Shown: one piece after another, positions 48,211-57,953 of the stretch
Position numbering within the stretch: the first letter of the stretch is position 1
Layout of the letters: each line of letters opens with the position of its first letter
From: an uncultured virus (IMG/VR IMGVR_UViG_3300035208_003294)
Taxonomy: Duplodnaviria; Heunggongvirae; Uroviricota; Caudoviricetes
Strand: one strand, 5' to 3'
Virus record (IMG/VR): IMGVR_UViG_3300035208_003294
DNA length: 64,000 bases
Position numbers and translations under genes: made by a program
Notes under the pieces: model-generated
What the model saw: only the letters and a program-made list of their open reading frames with translations
Told to the model about the DNA's origin: nothing
Databases searched by the model: none

Positions 48211-51200
48211 TTAGATTCGCTTCATGTTCTGAATAGAATCGCTCCCTTCTTTTTTGCTGAATAAGAATGTTCCCTTGAAATCCTTTCCTTCCAGCTTGAT
48301 AATCGACTTCGCTTTATCAAGCCATCTGAACGGGCCCCCGTCGATATCTTCGATCTCCGAGTGCGTAGCCTTGGTAGGATTAAGTTCCGTCTTAACTGGA
48401 ACTACACCCGCCGCGTTCCACTCATCCTTTGTCGTTGATTGGAACTTGCCGGTATCTGGAAGCTCGTTATCTGAAACGAACTCCTGAAATCCCTGCTTGT
48501 TCTTCAGGATCAAGTGGTACATGATACGGCTTGGGCCTGTGCGGATAACTATCGGACCTCTGAAGATCTGCTTCTTCAGTTTGAACTGCCCCGATACAGA
48601 ATCAGTAACAAGACTCGACTTCATCGATTCGACATAAGAGTCCCTCAACTTAAGCCGATCCTTTTCCTTTGCTATCCACCACCGGCTGACGGCAGGAACT
48701 TTGTTCCTGTACTCCCTGGGCAGAGCCGAGAAACCGTGCTCGGGTATCCATCCCTTTTTAACGGCCCTTCTGGTAATAACATAAGGTATCTCTGTCTTCG
48801 TCTTGAAGAACATCCATGTCATGATGCCTTCGTCCGTCTTCTCCCATTCGGCCTTATTCTCTATCTTGACTGCTACGATACGGCCATTGAATATCTTACC
48901 ATTCACGAAGTATTCGTGATAGTCGGGTTTGTTCGAGTTGTGTGTTTTTATTGGCGTATAAATCGTATTGTCTTCTGTTTCTAGATTATACACTACTTGA
49001 TTTTCCTTTTTTGTATGAACTGAATTTATTCTTAGATATACGAAATCTTCATCTTCTAAGTAGTTTACGTGTTTGTGTTTTCTACTTGCCTTACTCCCCC
49101 CTAACAAATCAAGTATATCCTGAAGCCAACACAATTTATAACATTTAGATCGTTTAGAAGTACCTCCTGGAACACACCCAAGTTTTATTAACGCTAAGCA
49201 TGTTAATTTCTGTACATCTGGATTCACAGCTGCTAGTTCCAACTGTCGTTTTTCTGATACTGCTTTTCTTCCATCAGCATCGTAGTATCCATGCAAAAAA
49301 TTAAATAGAATTTCTTTTTTAGCGAACAACATATCAATAGGGAATGTTTTTTTCCTATTCGCATCATAGAGTTCTTTGCGCAAAAAAACCTGCAGTTCTG
49401 TTGAGTAAAAATTTAGACTCCAACACCCACGACATTTAGTAATTCTATAATAAAGACCCAACTTATCTTTTATTATTTTAGTTGCTCTGTCAAGAATATA
49501 TTTTTGCGTGTATGCTACTTTTATTTCAATCTGTGGTTTTGAGTCAGCAACATGTCCATCTCCCATTATCAAACCATACAACCACGCTATATCCTCATCG
49601 ATGAGCAAATTTGTTTCTAGTCGATTCTTTTGATTCTTAATATTCCAGTACAAATCCACTTCTGTTTTAATCTTGGGTACGGCCACCATATCTCCATGTT
49701 TAAGATTCCCTGATTGAATCCAACCAGGTGTAGATTTATGGTTTTTTAAACACCGAACCTTTTGTCTATCGATGGCATAAACTCTGTGATTTGGAGTCAG
49801 ATTCAGTTCTCCCATGCCCCTTATCTTTAGGGTTGTTACACTATCCGCATCACGTTGAAACGTTTGTAAAACTCTTACCCACTTATTTTTATCTCCTAAC
49901 AAATAATCTCCCGTATGTACGTCTTCGATGTTTAGAAGTCCTGACTGTGTCAAGACTTTTTCTCCTTTAGGAAAACATCCGAACTGTACCTGGAACTCGT
50001 CAATGATGACAAGAAAGCCTTCATTGTTCTTGGTAGCGCCAACACCGCCCTTTTCTACTTCAGATTCGAATGATGCCCATTCAATAGGCTCTAAAAGTTT
50101 AGTCGTGCCGTTAAACTTCTTCAAAGGATTCGCAAGTGTTTCTTTGATTAATGGAACAATCTCCCGATTAACGAGGTCTTTTGCGTCGGAGATACTCGTG
50201 GCCGCCCTAGAAAGACCTTTAGGGATGAACAATGTCCATCCAGATAGTTCAGAATCCGAAATTTGTAAACGTAAATCCAAATGGACACTGGTTCCACGAA
50301 TATGCAGATGTGCCATTCCCTTCCATATCTTCGTTTCTGAGGGTACGAAATTATATTGGTCGACATCATTGACAAGATATCTCTTTGGGAATGTCTTCTC
50401 TGCTACGCTTCCCTTTGAAGCTACCACAAGTTCTTCAGCTGTCTGTACGCTATCCGCCTTGCCTGATTCCTTCTTGGCGATAACTGCGGGGGCCCAGAAA
50501 TTATACCAGGACTTGCCGGTCTTGGGATCAGTATACTTCGACAAGTTCATGAAGTCTACTGTGATGACATCACCAACTTCCGCCTTTATGCCCGTGTTGA
50601 ATGTATTGCCTGAAGGCGTACCATCCTCCAAGGTTGTGAGATAGTTCCATGTACTATCCGAACCCTCTACTGCGTGGACCTTGACTACCTTTACGTCTAT
50701 CTGCCTGGTGCGCTTATACTTGATGTTCTCAAGAGTCGCCCCGTCTAGCTCATACTTAAAAGACAAGAGCTTCATATAAGCGCCTTCAGAACCTTCCTTA
50801 TCTGCTGCGCTCTTTATCTCCCGGGCTAGGTCTTGTTCAGTATGAACTACTACCTGCTCTAGTTTCTTGAAATTCTTTCCTATCGGCAGGCCCCTCGGCG
50901 CATTAAGTCTCGTCAGGTAATCTGATAGATGGATGTCTCTATCCCAGTAGACACAATCATAATAGGTGAAAACCACATCTGGTTCGTTCTCTGGAACTAC
51001 ATTCTTATGAATTAAACCAATCGTTCCCTGCCTAGGCACATGCTTGTCTCCTTCGTAGAGTTCAAGCTCCCCTATCAGAATTGATGGGGTACGTACCTTT
51101 CTAAGAAGGGATACCAACGTCGGGAGTTTGGAAGTTATGTCGCCCCCATCCTCGGTGGCAATGAAAACCTTTCCTTCCCCATCAGTATGACATTGAATAG

Positions 51201-52065
51201 CTACTCCGTCAAGTTTCCTAGCGACACTAATACCGGTCTGATACCAATCAGTCTTCCTGGACTTGACGACTTCTAAGACGCTCTCGACAGTGTACGCTTC
51301 ACCGTGGAACTTGCCCTTCATCGGCTTAAGCTGCTTGAACCAGGTAAAAGGCTTGACAAGTTCATCTGCGCTATCATAGAACCTATCTGCGTAATCCGGT
51401 TCATTCACTTGAGTTATAGAGAGCTTGTCTTTAGGAACAAGAACAAGGTCATATAAAGGCACATACGAAGTGTTCGGTCCGTAGGCTGAAGGACTGTACT
51501 GGACTGGCGCATTCTTTTCCCCCTTGAAAATCTCATCCAAGATTCTCGTAAGCTTGACATTCAAAGAAGCATCTACCCTAACGAACATATTCTGGTCCTT
51601 TGAATCGGCCCTGACAATTATATCCCTGTCATTTGGCTCTCTACCTTTAGCGTAAAGGGTCGATCCGGCCAAGGAAATGAAATCGGGAATCCAAACGATA
51701 GAAGGAAAGTCCGTAGCCTTAATGGCCGGCATCTGCGGCGCGTTGTCATTGCAAACAATGAACTTCTGCTTGCCTTCAGAAAGCTTCCTAAAGGTGAGAT
51801 TGAAGAGCTGCTTGGAGTCCTTCTTCATGGTCTTCGTATTGAACTCCATCTTCATCTCCCCGGATGCGACCCTCTGCGAGATCTCTCCGAGGATCTTCTC
51901 AGCTATGTTGAGCACCGTATCCATTGGATACTTGAAATCCTTTCCGAGCCTCTTAGCATCCGAATACCAGGAGCATGCAAGACTCCAATCGAAAGTCAGC
52001 TCATCGTTTGGTATCTTCCTTGGATTGAAATGCTCCACGTCCGAGATGTCGTTTATTACGCTCAT
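48211..52065 (-). CDS. Fusion protein: Pol-beta-type nucleotidyltransferase-like domain + ATP-dependent ligase + LigD-like 3'-phosphoesterase domain interrupted by an intein
   Basis: LAGS...NDRDII; RKLDG, LIGELE, YYDCVY, EGAYMK, IKYK; HLHIRGTSVHLDLRL...GWTL and HEYFVNG..FNGR. Confidence 0.85.
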   Translation of the reverse strand: MSVINDISDVEHFNPRKIPNDELTFDWSLACSWYSDAKRLGKDFKYPMDTVLNIAEKILGEISQRVASGEMKMEFNTKTMKKDSKQLFNLTFRKLSEGKQKFIVCNDNAPQMPAIKATDFPSIVWIPDFISLAGSTLYAKGREPNDRDIIVRADSKDQNMFVRVDASLNVKLTRILDEIFKGEKNAPVQYSPSAYGPNTSYVPLYDLVLVPKDKLSITQVNEPDYADRFYDSADELVKPFTWFKQLKPMKGKFHGEAYTVESVLEVVKSRKTDWYQTGISVARKLDGVAIQCHTDGEGKVFIATEDGGDITSKLPTLVSLLRKVRTPSILIGELELYEGDKHVPRQGTIGLIHKNVVPENEPDVVFTYYDCVYWDRDIHLSDYLTRLNAPRGLPIGKNFKKLEQVVVHTEQDLAREIKSAADKEGSEGAYMKLLSFKYELDGATLENIKYKRTRQIDVKVVKVHAVEGSDSTWNYLTTLEDGTPSGNTFNTGIKAEVGDVITVDFMNLSKYTDPKTGKSWYNFWAPAVIAKKESGKADSVQTAEELVVASKGSVAEKTFPKRYLVNDVDQYNFVPSETKIWKGMAHLHIRGTSVHLDLRLQISDSELSGWTLFIPKGLSRAATSISDAKDLVNREIVPLIKETLANPLKKFNGTTKLLEPIEWASFESEVEKGGVGATKNNEGFLVIIDEFQVQFGCFPKGEKVLTQSGLLNIEDVHTGDYLLGDKNKWVRVLQTFQRDADSVTTLKIRGMGELNLTPNHRVYAIDRQKVRCLKNHKSTPGWIQSGNLKHGDMVAVPKIKTEVDLYWNIKNQKNRLETNLLIDEDIAWLYGLIMGDGHVADSKPQIEIKVAYTQKYILDRATKIIKDKLGLYYRITKCRGCWSLNFYSTELQVFLRKELYDANRKKTFPIDMLFAKKEILFNFLHGYYDADGRKAVSEKRQLELAAVNPDVQKLTCLALIKLGCVPGGTSKRSKCYKLCWLQDILDLLGGSKASRKHKHVNYLEDEDFVYLRINSVHTKKENQVVYNLETEDNTIYTPIKTHNSNKPDYHEYFVNGKIFNGRIVAVKIENKAEWEKTDEGIMTWMFFKTKTEIPYVITRRAVKKGWIPEHGFSALPREYRNKVPAVSRWWIAKEKDRLKLRDSYVESMKSSLVTDSVSGQFKLKKQIFRGPIVIRTGPSRIMYHLILKNKQGFQEFVSDNELPDTGKFQSTTKDEWNAAGVVPVKTELNPTKATHSEIEDIDGGPFRWLDKAKSIIKLEGKDFKGTFLFSKKEGSDSIQNMKRI
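48937..49977 (-). mobile_element. 347-aa intein with LAGLIDADG homing endonuclease
   Basis: G|CFPKGEKV, LTPNHRV, LYGLIMGDG and FLHGYYDADG, VYNLE...KTHN|S; visibly more AT-rich than its flanks. Confidence 0.93.
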
Positions 52066-53505
52066 TGTGAGGTAGCAGAATTAGCGGCCGTTGACTCCAA
52101 TGGCGTCTCAGTAGCTATCGGTCCTTTGTTCTTGAACGGAACTGTTTTAGGGACTTCCGTGGTCCTTGTCGATGTAGCTGATTCTGTTGATGCAGTCTTA
52201 TTGTAAGACTCGTTCTTTGCATATCCTCCGGATTTAAGAACATCCGAATATTGCAGGCCCGTGTTCTTACTGCCCGAAATCGCGTATAGTCCTGGGGTCT
52301 TTGCGACAGAGTTCTCTAATTCCGTCTGCTGAAGCCTTGACGATAGTGCCTTCAGGTAGATCGTCTTAGCCGCTTCATATGGGCTGCCCTGCTGTGAGAA
52401 CCAACGTATTTCGTATGGAACATTATCTAACATCCCCGATTTGATGAATCTTGCGAAAATCTTCTCCAGTACCGGTGTAATGAAAGAAACCTGGTAAGTG
52501 AAAAGGTACTGTTCATAGTTCGACGAGCNNNNNNNNNNTTACTTGAGGTAGAAGAACAGATACAGGAATCCTCGTAGCAGCGGAGATTTGCTTGATGATT
52601 ACCTCATAAGAAGCTCTTACATCATATGAAATCCTGCTAGGTGCAAGGTCTTTCGCGTCCCATCCTGGCGGGAACACCGCTCTCGTCTTCGACGAGATGT
52701 TATCCAAGGCGGTCAAGACCGCGTCTGCGTCTGCGGACGTCGCGCCCTTTGGAGCAAAGACACAGAGGAAACCACTGGCCCCCCTCCAAAGTTCCTGGCC
52801 AATACTCCAATGGGCATGGTCCTGAATAGTAAGAAGGTCCCAAACCGGTGCCAATACGGATTTGCCTAAAAGGTCGTATCCGATTCCTTCATTCTCCAAA
52901 TGAATGAATCTGTCCGGATGAACTGCCAAGGATTCATCATCCTTGAATTTGACGCCTATCTTTTGAATTCTCCTTGGTATGTATTCGGTTAACGTTGTTT
53001 CAACAAGATTAGAATCCAAAGGGAACAGATATTCAATATTAGGCATAGTAACCATGCCCGGGAGTTCTGTTATTGGCGACTCCAATAACATATTCTCACC
53101 CTCTTTATAGTGCACATAAAGGAATGAATGCCCCCTCAAACGGCACATTTTGATAGCCTTCAAGAATGGACGGAAGACATACGTACTGTATATCTTCTGA
53201 AATTCGGTATCGAGCTTCTGGTCAGTTGGATCGTTGACGTTGTAAATGAAGAAACCATTTCTCAAAGCATCTTCAGGAACGTCGTCGATTATGACCTTTA
53301 CCAAAGGATTCCTCTCATATCTATGGTCTAGTTCCGCATCGGTGATCAGTTCGGGGAACAGCTTATTCAGTCCTGATTGGGCCTTGTCCAACGTCGGCGT
53401 CCACCAGGGAAACCTATCATAACTCGTATAAGAACTAAGAGAAACAGAACCGTCGTTTACAAGAGCTGCCTGAGACTTTGAAACCGGGACTAAAGAGTGG
53501 ACCAT
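52062..53505 (-). CDS. Portal protein (DUF1073-type), split by an assembly gap
   Basis: YERNPLVKVIIDDVPEDALR, RLRG, VHPDRFI, GKSVL, ISAATRIPVSVL; after the Ns the 52062 frame continues SSNYEQYLFTYQ..ITPVLEKIF; next to TerL. Confidence 0.85.
52529..52538. other. Scaffold gap (10 N)
   Basis: Run of n. Confidence 1.
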
Positions 53506-53552
53506 GGTAATAAATAGATATTTTGTATAATTGTCTATTTATATTAAAAACC

Positions 53553-53789
53553 TTATTCATCCCATAGTTCTATTAAATAAATTAATACTCCACAAATTGA
53601 TAATCCCCAAAAGAATGCGGTAATGAAGAGTTCAGGCCACATCTCTCCAAAATTGTTTATGGCAACCCAGGATTTATCATTAGGCGAAAACATACTTACG
53701 AACCATACATATTGTAAAAGTGATGCAAGTCCAAAAGTCCATATCAACGTTATCAGTTTTATTACCTGTTTAAGTTTTGCTCTTTTCAT
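53553..53789 (-). CDS. Small 2-TM membrane protein
   Basis: Two hydrophobic helices flanking NNFGEMWPE. Confidence 0.7.
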   Translation of the reverse strand: MKRAKLKQVIKLITLIWTFGLASLLQYVWFVSMFSPNDKSWVAINNFGEMWPELFITAFFWGLSICGVLIYLIELWDE

Positions 53790-53790
53790 C

Positions 53791-55260
53791 TTATCCCATC
53801 CTTGGCTTCCAAAAACTGTAGCTGTCCTCCTGAGAATTCCCTATACATGAAAGAGCCAAGGAATCGGCGAAGTCTGGGCTTCTTTCCCCTGGCCAGTTCA
53901 TCTGAAGTAGTTCCTTCTCTGTTAGACCGACCTCATAACTCCCCAACTGATTTATCAGTTGAGGATGCGCCGGTATCTGAATCAAAGGAATCTTAGAGTT
54001 GAACTTTGCAGCCAAATCCATGAAAATCTCCGCCTTCATGTTCTTGAATCTGCGGGCCTTTATAACCTCGTCATTGGGGCCGAGTTCATCCTTCTCTATC
54101 GTTGGAAGCCATGAACCCTTGATTCCCTGGACCTTGTCCTTTAACTTGAGATTATTGGCGCAGATACCCATGATGCCTTCACCTATACCAATCCAGTCCA
54201 CGACGAATCTCTTGATGGTCGGATACTTCTGCAGGTAGAGAAGCATGTTGCCGACCGTCGTGGCAGGATCATCCTTTCTCCAAGACTCTATCTCAAGCAC
54301 CTTGCGCATATCTCCTGCATGCGCGGTTCTTGTAAAGACAGTTAAATCCTCTCCGCCAGAGGCCGGGTCTATTCCAACCACCTGATGCCCCTCGGGCATC
54401 TGAAGGTTGTTCTTCGTAGCGGCATCTATTGCCGTCCAGGGAATGACTTGATTCTTGCCTTCATCCGGGGGCTTGCATTCGTAGAAAGCAGAGAACTCCA
54501 AAGGCGTTAAGATCCTCTGCTGCTCCTGGACGAACTTTAAGTCCATCCTACCTTCCTTGACGGCTCTCCAACAGTCTGCGATTATCTTGTGATAATTCGG
54601 ATCATTGATGGTATCGTAGAACAAACCTCGTCTGTGCGGGGTTCCAACTTCTACCATGATCTTCTTTATCCCATCCTCTTCTGCGGACCCGAGCATCCTG
54701 CGGATATACTTCCTATATATCTCGTCCTTAATTGATGCTCTTTCGTCTATTACGAGAATGGTAGCCGTGAATCCGAGCATCCCTTCTCCTGGGGGGCTAC
54801 CGGCTTCAGCAGATAGAATCCTTAAAACGTTATTTCTCTTCCACGAAATCTCTTCCCTGTTCAGTCTCGCGACAGTCTTCATTGAAGGATCATCGGAGAA
54901 CGCCAATAAGGAGCTTCCTATAACTGGGTGATCGAATAGGTGCTCTTTTACATATTGAAATATGACCGTTGCCTGCTTATTCGATGCAGAAATATTTACA
55001 ATCCTTTCGTGCTGGGAGATAACAGAGCTGGCCAAAAGAGCCAAAGCAATTGAGATGCTCTTACCTGCCTGGGTAGAGCACATGACGGCTACACGAGAAT
55101 GCTCTTTGTATAAGATAGCAGAGACAATCTCTTCTTGATATTTCGATAGATTGACTGGCTTCCCATTAATCTTGAACAGATATGCACACAAAGCCGCTGG
55201 ATCGTCTACGAGTTCCAGGACACTCTCAAGATCGCAGTTTTCCTGCTTCTGGAACACCAT
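53791..55260 (-). CDS. terL: Terminase large subunit
   Basis: Walker A STQAGKS, Walker B LVIDE, GTP coupling motif, RNase H-like VGIDPASGGED and SPDFADSLAL. Confidence 0.93.
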   Translation of the reverse strand: MVFQKQENCDLESVLELVDDPAALCAYLFKINGKPVNLSKYQEEIVSAILYKEHSRVAVMCSTQAGKSISIALALLASSVISQHERIVNISASNKQATVIFQYVKEHLFDHPVIGSSLLAFSDDPSMKTVARLNREEISWKRNNVLRILSAEAGSPPGEGMLGFTATILVIDERASIKDEIYRKYIRRMLGSAEEDGIKKIMVEVGTPHRRGLFYDTINDPNYHKIIADCWRAVKEGRMDLKFVQEQQRILTPLEFSAFYECKPPDEGKNQVIPWTAIDAATKNNLQMPEGHQVVGIDPASGGEDLTVFTRTAHAGDMRKVLEIESWRKDDPATTVGNMLLYLQKYPTIKRFVVDWIGIGEGIMGICANNLKLKDKVQGIKGSWLPTIEKDELGPNDEVIKARRFKNMKAEIFMDLAAKFNSKIPLIQIPAHPQLINQLGSYEVGLTEKELLQMNWPGERSPDFADSLALSCIGNSQEDSYSFWKPRMG

Positions 55261-55343
55261 TCTTTAGAATTGTAGTTAGGATAATTTTTTGAAACTCTAG
55301 AAGTTTGATACCCAACACCGTTTCTAAGAATTCCACTGGCTCT

Positions 55344-55940
55344 TCAATTAGTTGCTGTGTTTTGTGTGTCATTCTCTTTCTCCGCTTCTATTATCCTCGC
55401 TTCCCTGCGCTTTCGGGCAATATCTAAAGCCTCCCCCATCTTGTCGACATCGACTACTCCGATAGCCATACCAACGTTGTTAGTAGTCTCTCCATCGATT
55501 AGACGCTGTAATTGAACTCCCTTATCTATGGCATTAATGGCATCCCTTGCCATACCAACTCCGCGATTCTCAAAGAATTCAGTTCCCCGGTCCTGCATAA
55601 GAACTGCGGCCTTCAATTGACGGGCCTTACGCTCAGCCAGAACCTCAATAGAACGTTCCTGTGTTTTCTCTATAGCCTTTGCTCTCCTATCGTCGAGACG
55701 AGTCTGCCAATTCCATTTCTTACGCCAAGTGATAATGGTGCTATAATTATATCCTAGCTCCTTCGAAAGTTCAAGGAGGTTAGGCTTCTTCATCCTCGCC
55801 CATCTTTCAAAGGCATCTGAAATGTATTGCGGCTCTACTGTGTTTTTCTGGCATTGCATTTTGAATAGAAAATAAGCTGCCGCCCGGTGTCTTGAGGAAA
55901 CCGGTACGGCAGCCGAATGTTGGCAATTTGTTCGAAGCAT
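55344..55940 (-). CDS. terS: Probable terminase small subunit (N-terminal HTH; start probably 55858)
   Basis: LLELSKELGYNYSTIITWRKKWNW; directly upstream of TerL. Confidence 0.7.
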   Translation of the reverse strand: MLRTNCQHSAAVPVSSRHRAAAYFLFKMQCQKNTVEPQYISDAFERWARMKKPNLLELSKELGYNYSTIITWRKKWNWQTRLDDRRAKAIEKTQERSIEVLAERKARQLKAAVLMQDRGTEFFENRGVGMARDAINAIDKGVQLQRLIDGETTNNVGMAIGVVDVDKMGEALDIARKRREARIIEAEKENDTQNTATN

Positions 55941-55957
55941 TAAGTTATTATGCCCGT

Positions 55958-56248
55958 CTAGTATTTAACGAGCTTGTAATGCGTGACGAAAGATTCCATC
56001 GTCATCGTCGTTCTCTTTCCGCCATGTGCCTCGAGTGTGATAGGATACTTGTACCTTTTCTCGTCAAGTCTCTCGTGGACCTTCTTGACTGAATGGGGCT
56101 TGTTCTTGTATTCGACAAGCGATCCGACTTTAGCATCCCTGACTGTCTTCGCAGGAACTATGTTCTCTTCTTCTGGTGTAAACACCAATTTCTTAAACTT
56201 CCCGTTCACGAGTTCAATGAACCCGCGCACCTTAATTATCGATGTCAT
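55958..56248 (-). CDS. Hypothetical basic protein
   Basis: TAAAATG junction. Confidence 0.7.
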   Translation of the reverse strand: MTSIIKVRGFIELVNGKFKKLVFTPEEENIVPAKTVRDAKVGSLVEYKNKPHSVKKVHERLDEKRYKYPITLEAHGGKRTTMTMESFVTHYKLVKY

Positions 56249-56249
56249 T

Positions 56250-56687
56250 TTATTTTGCTTTTCGAAACTCTATAAAGCTCTCATGCAACGGCCTGTTAGA
56301 GACAGACAATTCGAGTAGCTTCCTATGCGCTTCGGGAAATGTGTCATAGTCATATAACTTGACGTGTTCCTGTCCCTCTGTCCTGTATTCTGCTGAGCTA
56401 TCGCATCGAAGACATTTGAACTTCTGTGCCTCTGTGACTCTTAACGCTCCACAGATAGGACATTGGCAGCACTTCCAGCGCTTGAAAGTCTTCTGCGCCG
56501 GAACAGGAACTTTGAGGAAATCTCCCATCAGCGTCTGCGGCTTTTCTTTAGCTTCATGTTGTTGTAATGGTTTCAGGACTATCTTCTTCACTCCGCCGCA
56601 TTTGCAGCGATATTCGACGTAGCCTGGGAGATGCTTCTCGTCTACTTCATCACAGCTCGCGCAATGAAACTTATAGTTCTCTTCCAT
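56250..56687 (-). CDS. Double Zn-ribbon protein
   Basis: CASC..CKC and CPICG..KCLRC; start reassigned to TAAAATG at 56687. Confidence 0.7.
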   Translation of the reverse strand: MEENYKFHCASCDEVDEKHLPGYVEYRCKCGGVKKIVLKPLQQHEAKEKPQTLMGDFLKVPVPAQKTFKRWKCCQCPICGALRVTEAQKFKCLRCDSSAEYRTEGQEHVKLYDYDTFPEAHRKLLELSVSNRPLHESFIEFRKAK

Positions 56688-56688
56688 T

Positions 56689-56805
56689 TTAATCCTTGCA
56701 TTGATAACAGACTTTCCTACCCTTCTTGTTGAGGAAGAGCTTGTCTGTCTGACAATTACATTCCTCACATCTGAGGATCTCGAATGTTGATTCGGGTTCA
56801 TCCAT
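56689..56805 (-). CDS. 38-aa Zn-finger micro-protein (below ORF-track cutoff)
   Basis: MDEPESTFEILRCEECNCQTDKLFLNKKGRKVCYQCKD with TAAAATG junctions on both sides. Confidence 0.6.
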   Translation of the reverse strand: MDEPESTFEILRCEECNCQTDKLFLNKKGRKVCYQCKD

Positions 56806-56806
56806 T

Positions 56807-57073
56807 TTACTTCTTCATGAGTTCCTTCATGTACTTCATTCGCTCTTCCTCTGGAATCAACTTGAAGTTTGGGGGAAGAATAACTGCGGCTTTGCATAAA
56901 GGGGATAGGAATTCCGCAAGTTCTTGAACCTGTCCAACTGTAACCCCCGGCTTCGTTTCTATGATGACGACCTCATCGTTCTTCCTGAAACTCTTTAGCA
57001 TTAGCCTAAGGCGGTTGCTGTTCTTGAACTTCGCTATGAATCCAAGTTCAAATCTTGCCATTTCAGATCTCAC
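56807..57073 (-). CDS. Hypothetical protein
   Basis: Coupled ORF. Confidence 0.65.
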   Translation of the reverse strand: MRSEMARFELGFIAKFKNSNRLRLMLKSFRKNDEVVIIETKPGVTVGQVQELAEFLSPLCKAAVILPPNFKLIPEEERMKYMKELMKK

Positions 57074-57356
57074 CTATGCCAAGATCATCCCAAGGAGTAT
57101 CTTTTTCAGGTTTGATAATTTCCAGAACCTTCCGTGCCCATTCCCTATCAGATTCCTTTTCCTTCTCTGAAAGCTGTTCGTAAGGTGTATCTATCTGGCG
57201 CTTCCATCGTAAGACGTCCTTCTCCGTCTCTTCCGCTGATTGAGTAGCTACTTTCTCAAGCATATACTTTGTCCAATGTGACCAAGCTAGATGTTGAAAA
57301 GCCGCTACCTTTTCCAAGAGTTCATTGTTTTCCATTTTGAGAAAAAAAGAGACCAA
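57063..57356 (-). CDS. RyR-domain-like phage protein
   Basis: H..W..W...RW.RQ..TPYEQLSEKEKESDR. Confidence 0.7.
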   Translation of the reverse strand: MVSFFLKMENNELLEKVAAFQHLAWSHWTKYMLEKVATQSAEETEKDVLRWKRQIDTPYEQLSEKEKESDREWARKVLEIIKPEKDTPWDDLGIGEI

Positions 57357-57455
57357 TTATTTGGTCTTCTTAACGCCGGATTTCTTCTTCGCCATTGCTG
57401 GGTTAGGATAGGCTCCGGCTTTGCCTGCCTTCTTACCTGGTTTGCATGCTGCCAT
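57357..57455 (-). CDS. 32-aa Lys-rich micro-protein
   Basis: MAACKPGKKAGKAGAYPNPAMAKKKSGVKKTK with AAAATG start. Confidence 0.5.
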   Translation of the reverse strand: MAACKPGKKAGKAGAYPNPAMAKKKSGVKKTK

Positions 57456-57458
57456 TTT

Positions 57459-57902
57459 TTATTGCGGTTTATAATTAGTCATGAACTGCTCAAGGACTTC
57501 CTTTGGCTTTCTTCCGAGCTTCATGCATCGCTCCTCAAAAGTCCTGTACTTCGTCTTATCGACGTTCAACGTCTGCTTCACCCTGGAAGCGACGTAATTG
57601 TAATCGTATTTATCCTTGTCCCTTTCCGAGAATCTGAAATGGTCTACGACCTGGTTTCCGGATACCACTACTATAATCGGGTCCACTTCCAAAAGTTTGA
57701 GCTCTTCCTCATAGAAGATCAGCTTGCGCCGGTAGAGCTTCTTTGGAAGATATTTGGTAAGCTTCTCCGAGATGAACGTAGAGAATCTGAACCCCATACC
57801 TTTACCGCTCCCGGCAATGAACTCCCTTTCCAGCTTGTCTTTCCTTGAAATCCAGTCGATAGCGACGCGATCTGTTTCATTCATCTTAGTTACTCCACTC
57901 AC
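57459..57902 (-). CDS. Hypothetical protein, first gene of the terminase operon
   Basis: 147 aa; divergent from the protease gene. Confidence 0.7.
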   Translation of the reverse strand: MSGVTKMNETDRVAIDWISRKDKLEREFIAGSGKGMGFRFSTFISEKLTKYLPKKLYRRKLIFYEEELKLLEVDPIIVVVSGNQVVDHFRFSERDKDKYDYNYVASRVKQTLNVDKTKYRTFEERCMKLGRKPKEVLEQFMTNYKPQ

Positions 57903-57953
57903 TACTACAGTATATACTTGAGTATTTAAGTATAAAAAGCTATCATCTTAAAC
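57903..57953. promoter_or_regulatory. Divergent archaeal promoter region
   Basis: AT-rich 51 bp with TTTAAGTATAAAAA (+) and TTAAATA (-). Confidence 0.5.

Noticed and set aside
52062..53505. Two separate genes or a programmed frameshift in the portal
   Set aside because: The break coincides with a 10-N scaffold gap and portal-like sequence continues in the other frame
274..57848. Numerous plus-strand ORFs in the track (e.g. 16935..17453, 34200..34670, 49928..50644, 57291..57848)
   Set aside because: Antisense shadows of well-supported minus-strand genes with Ser/Leu/Phe-rich composition and no motifs
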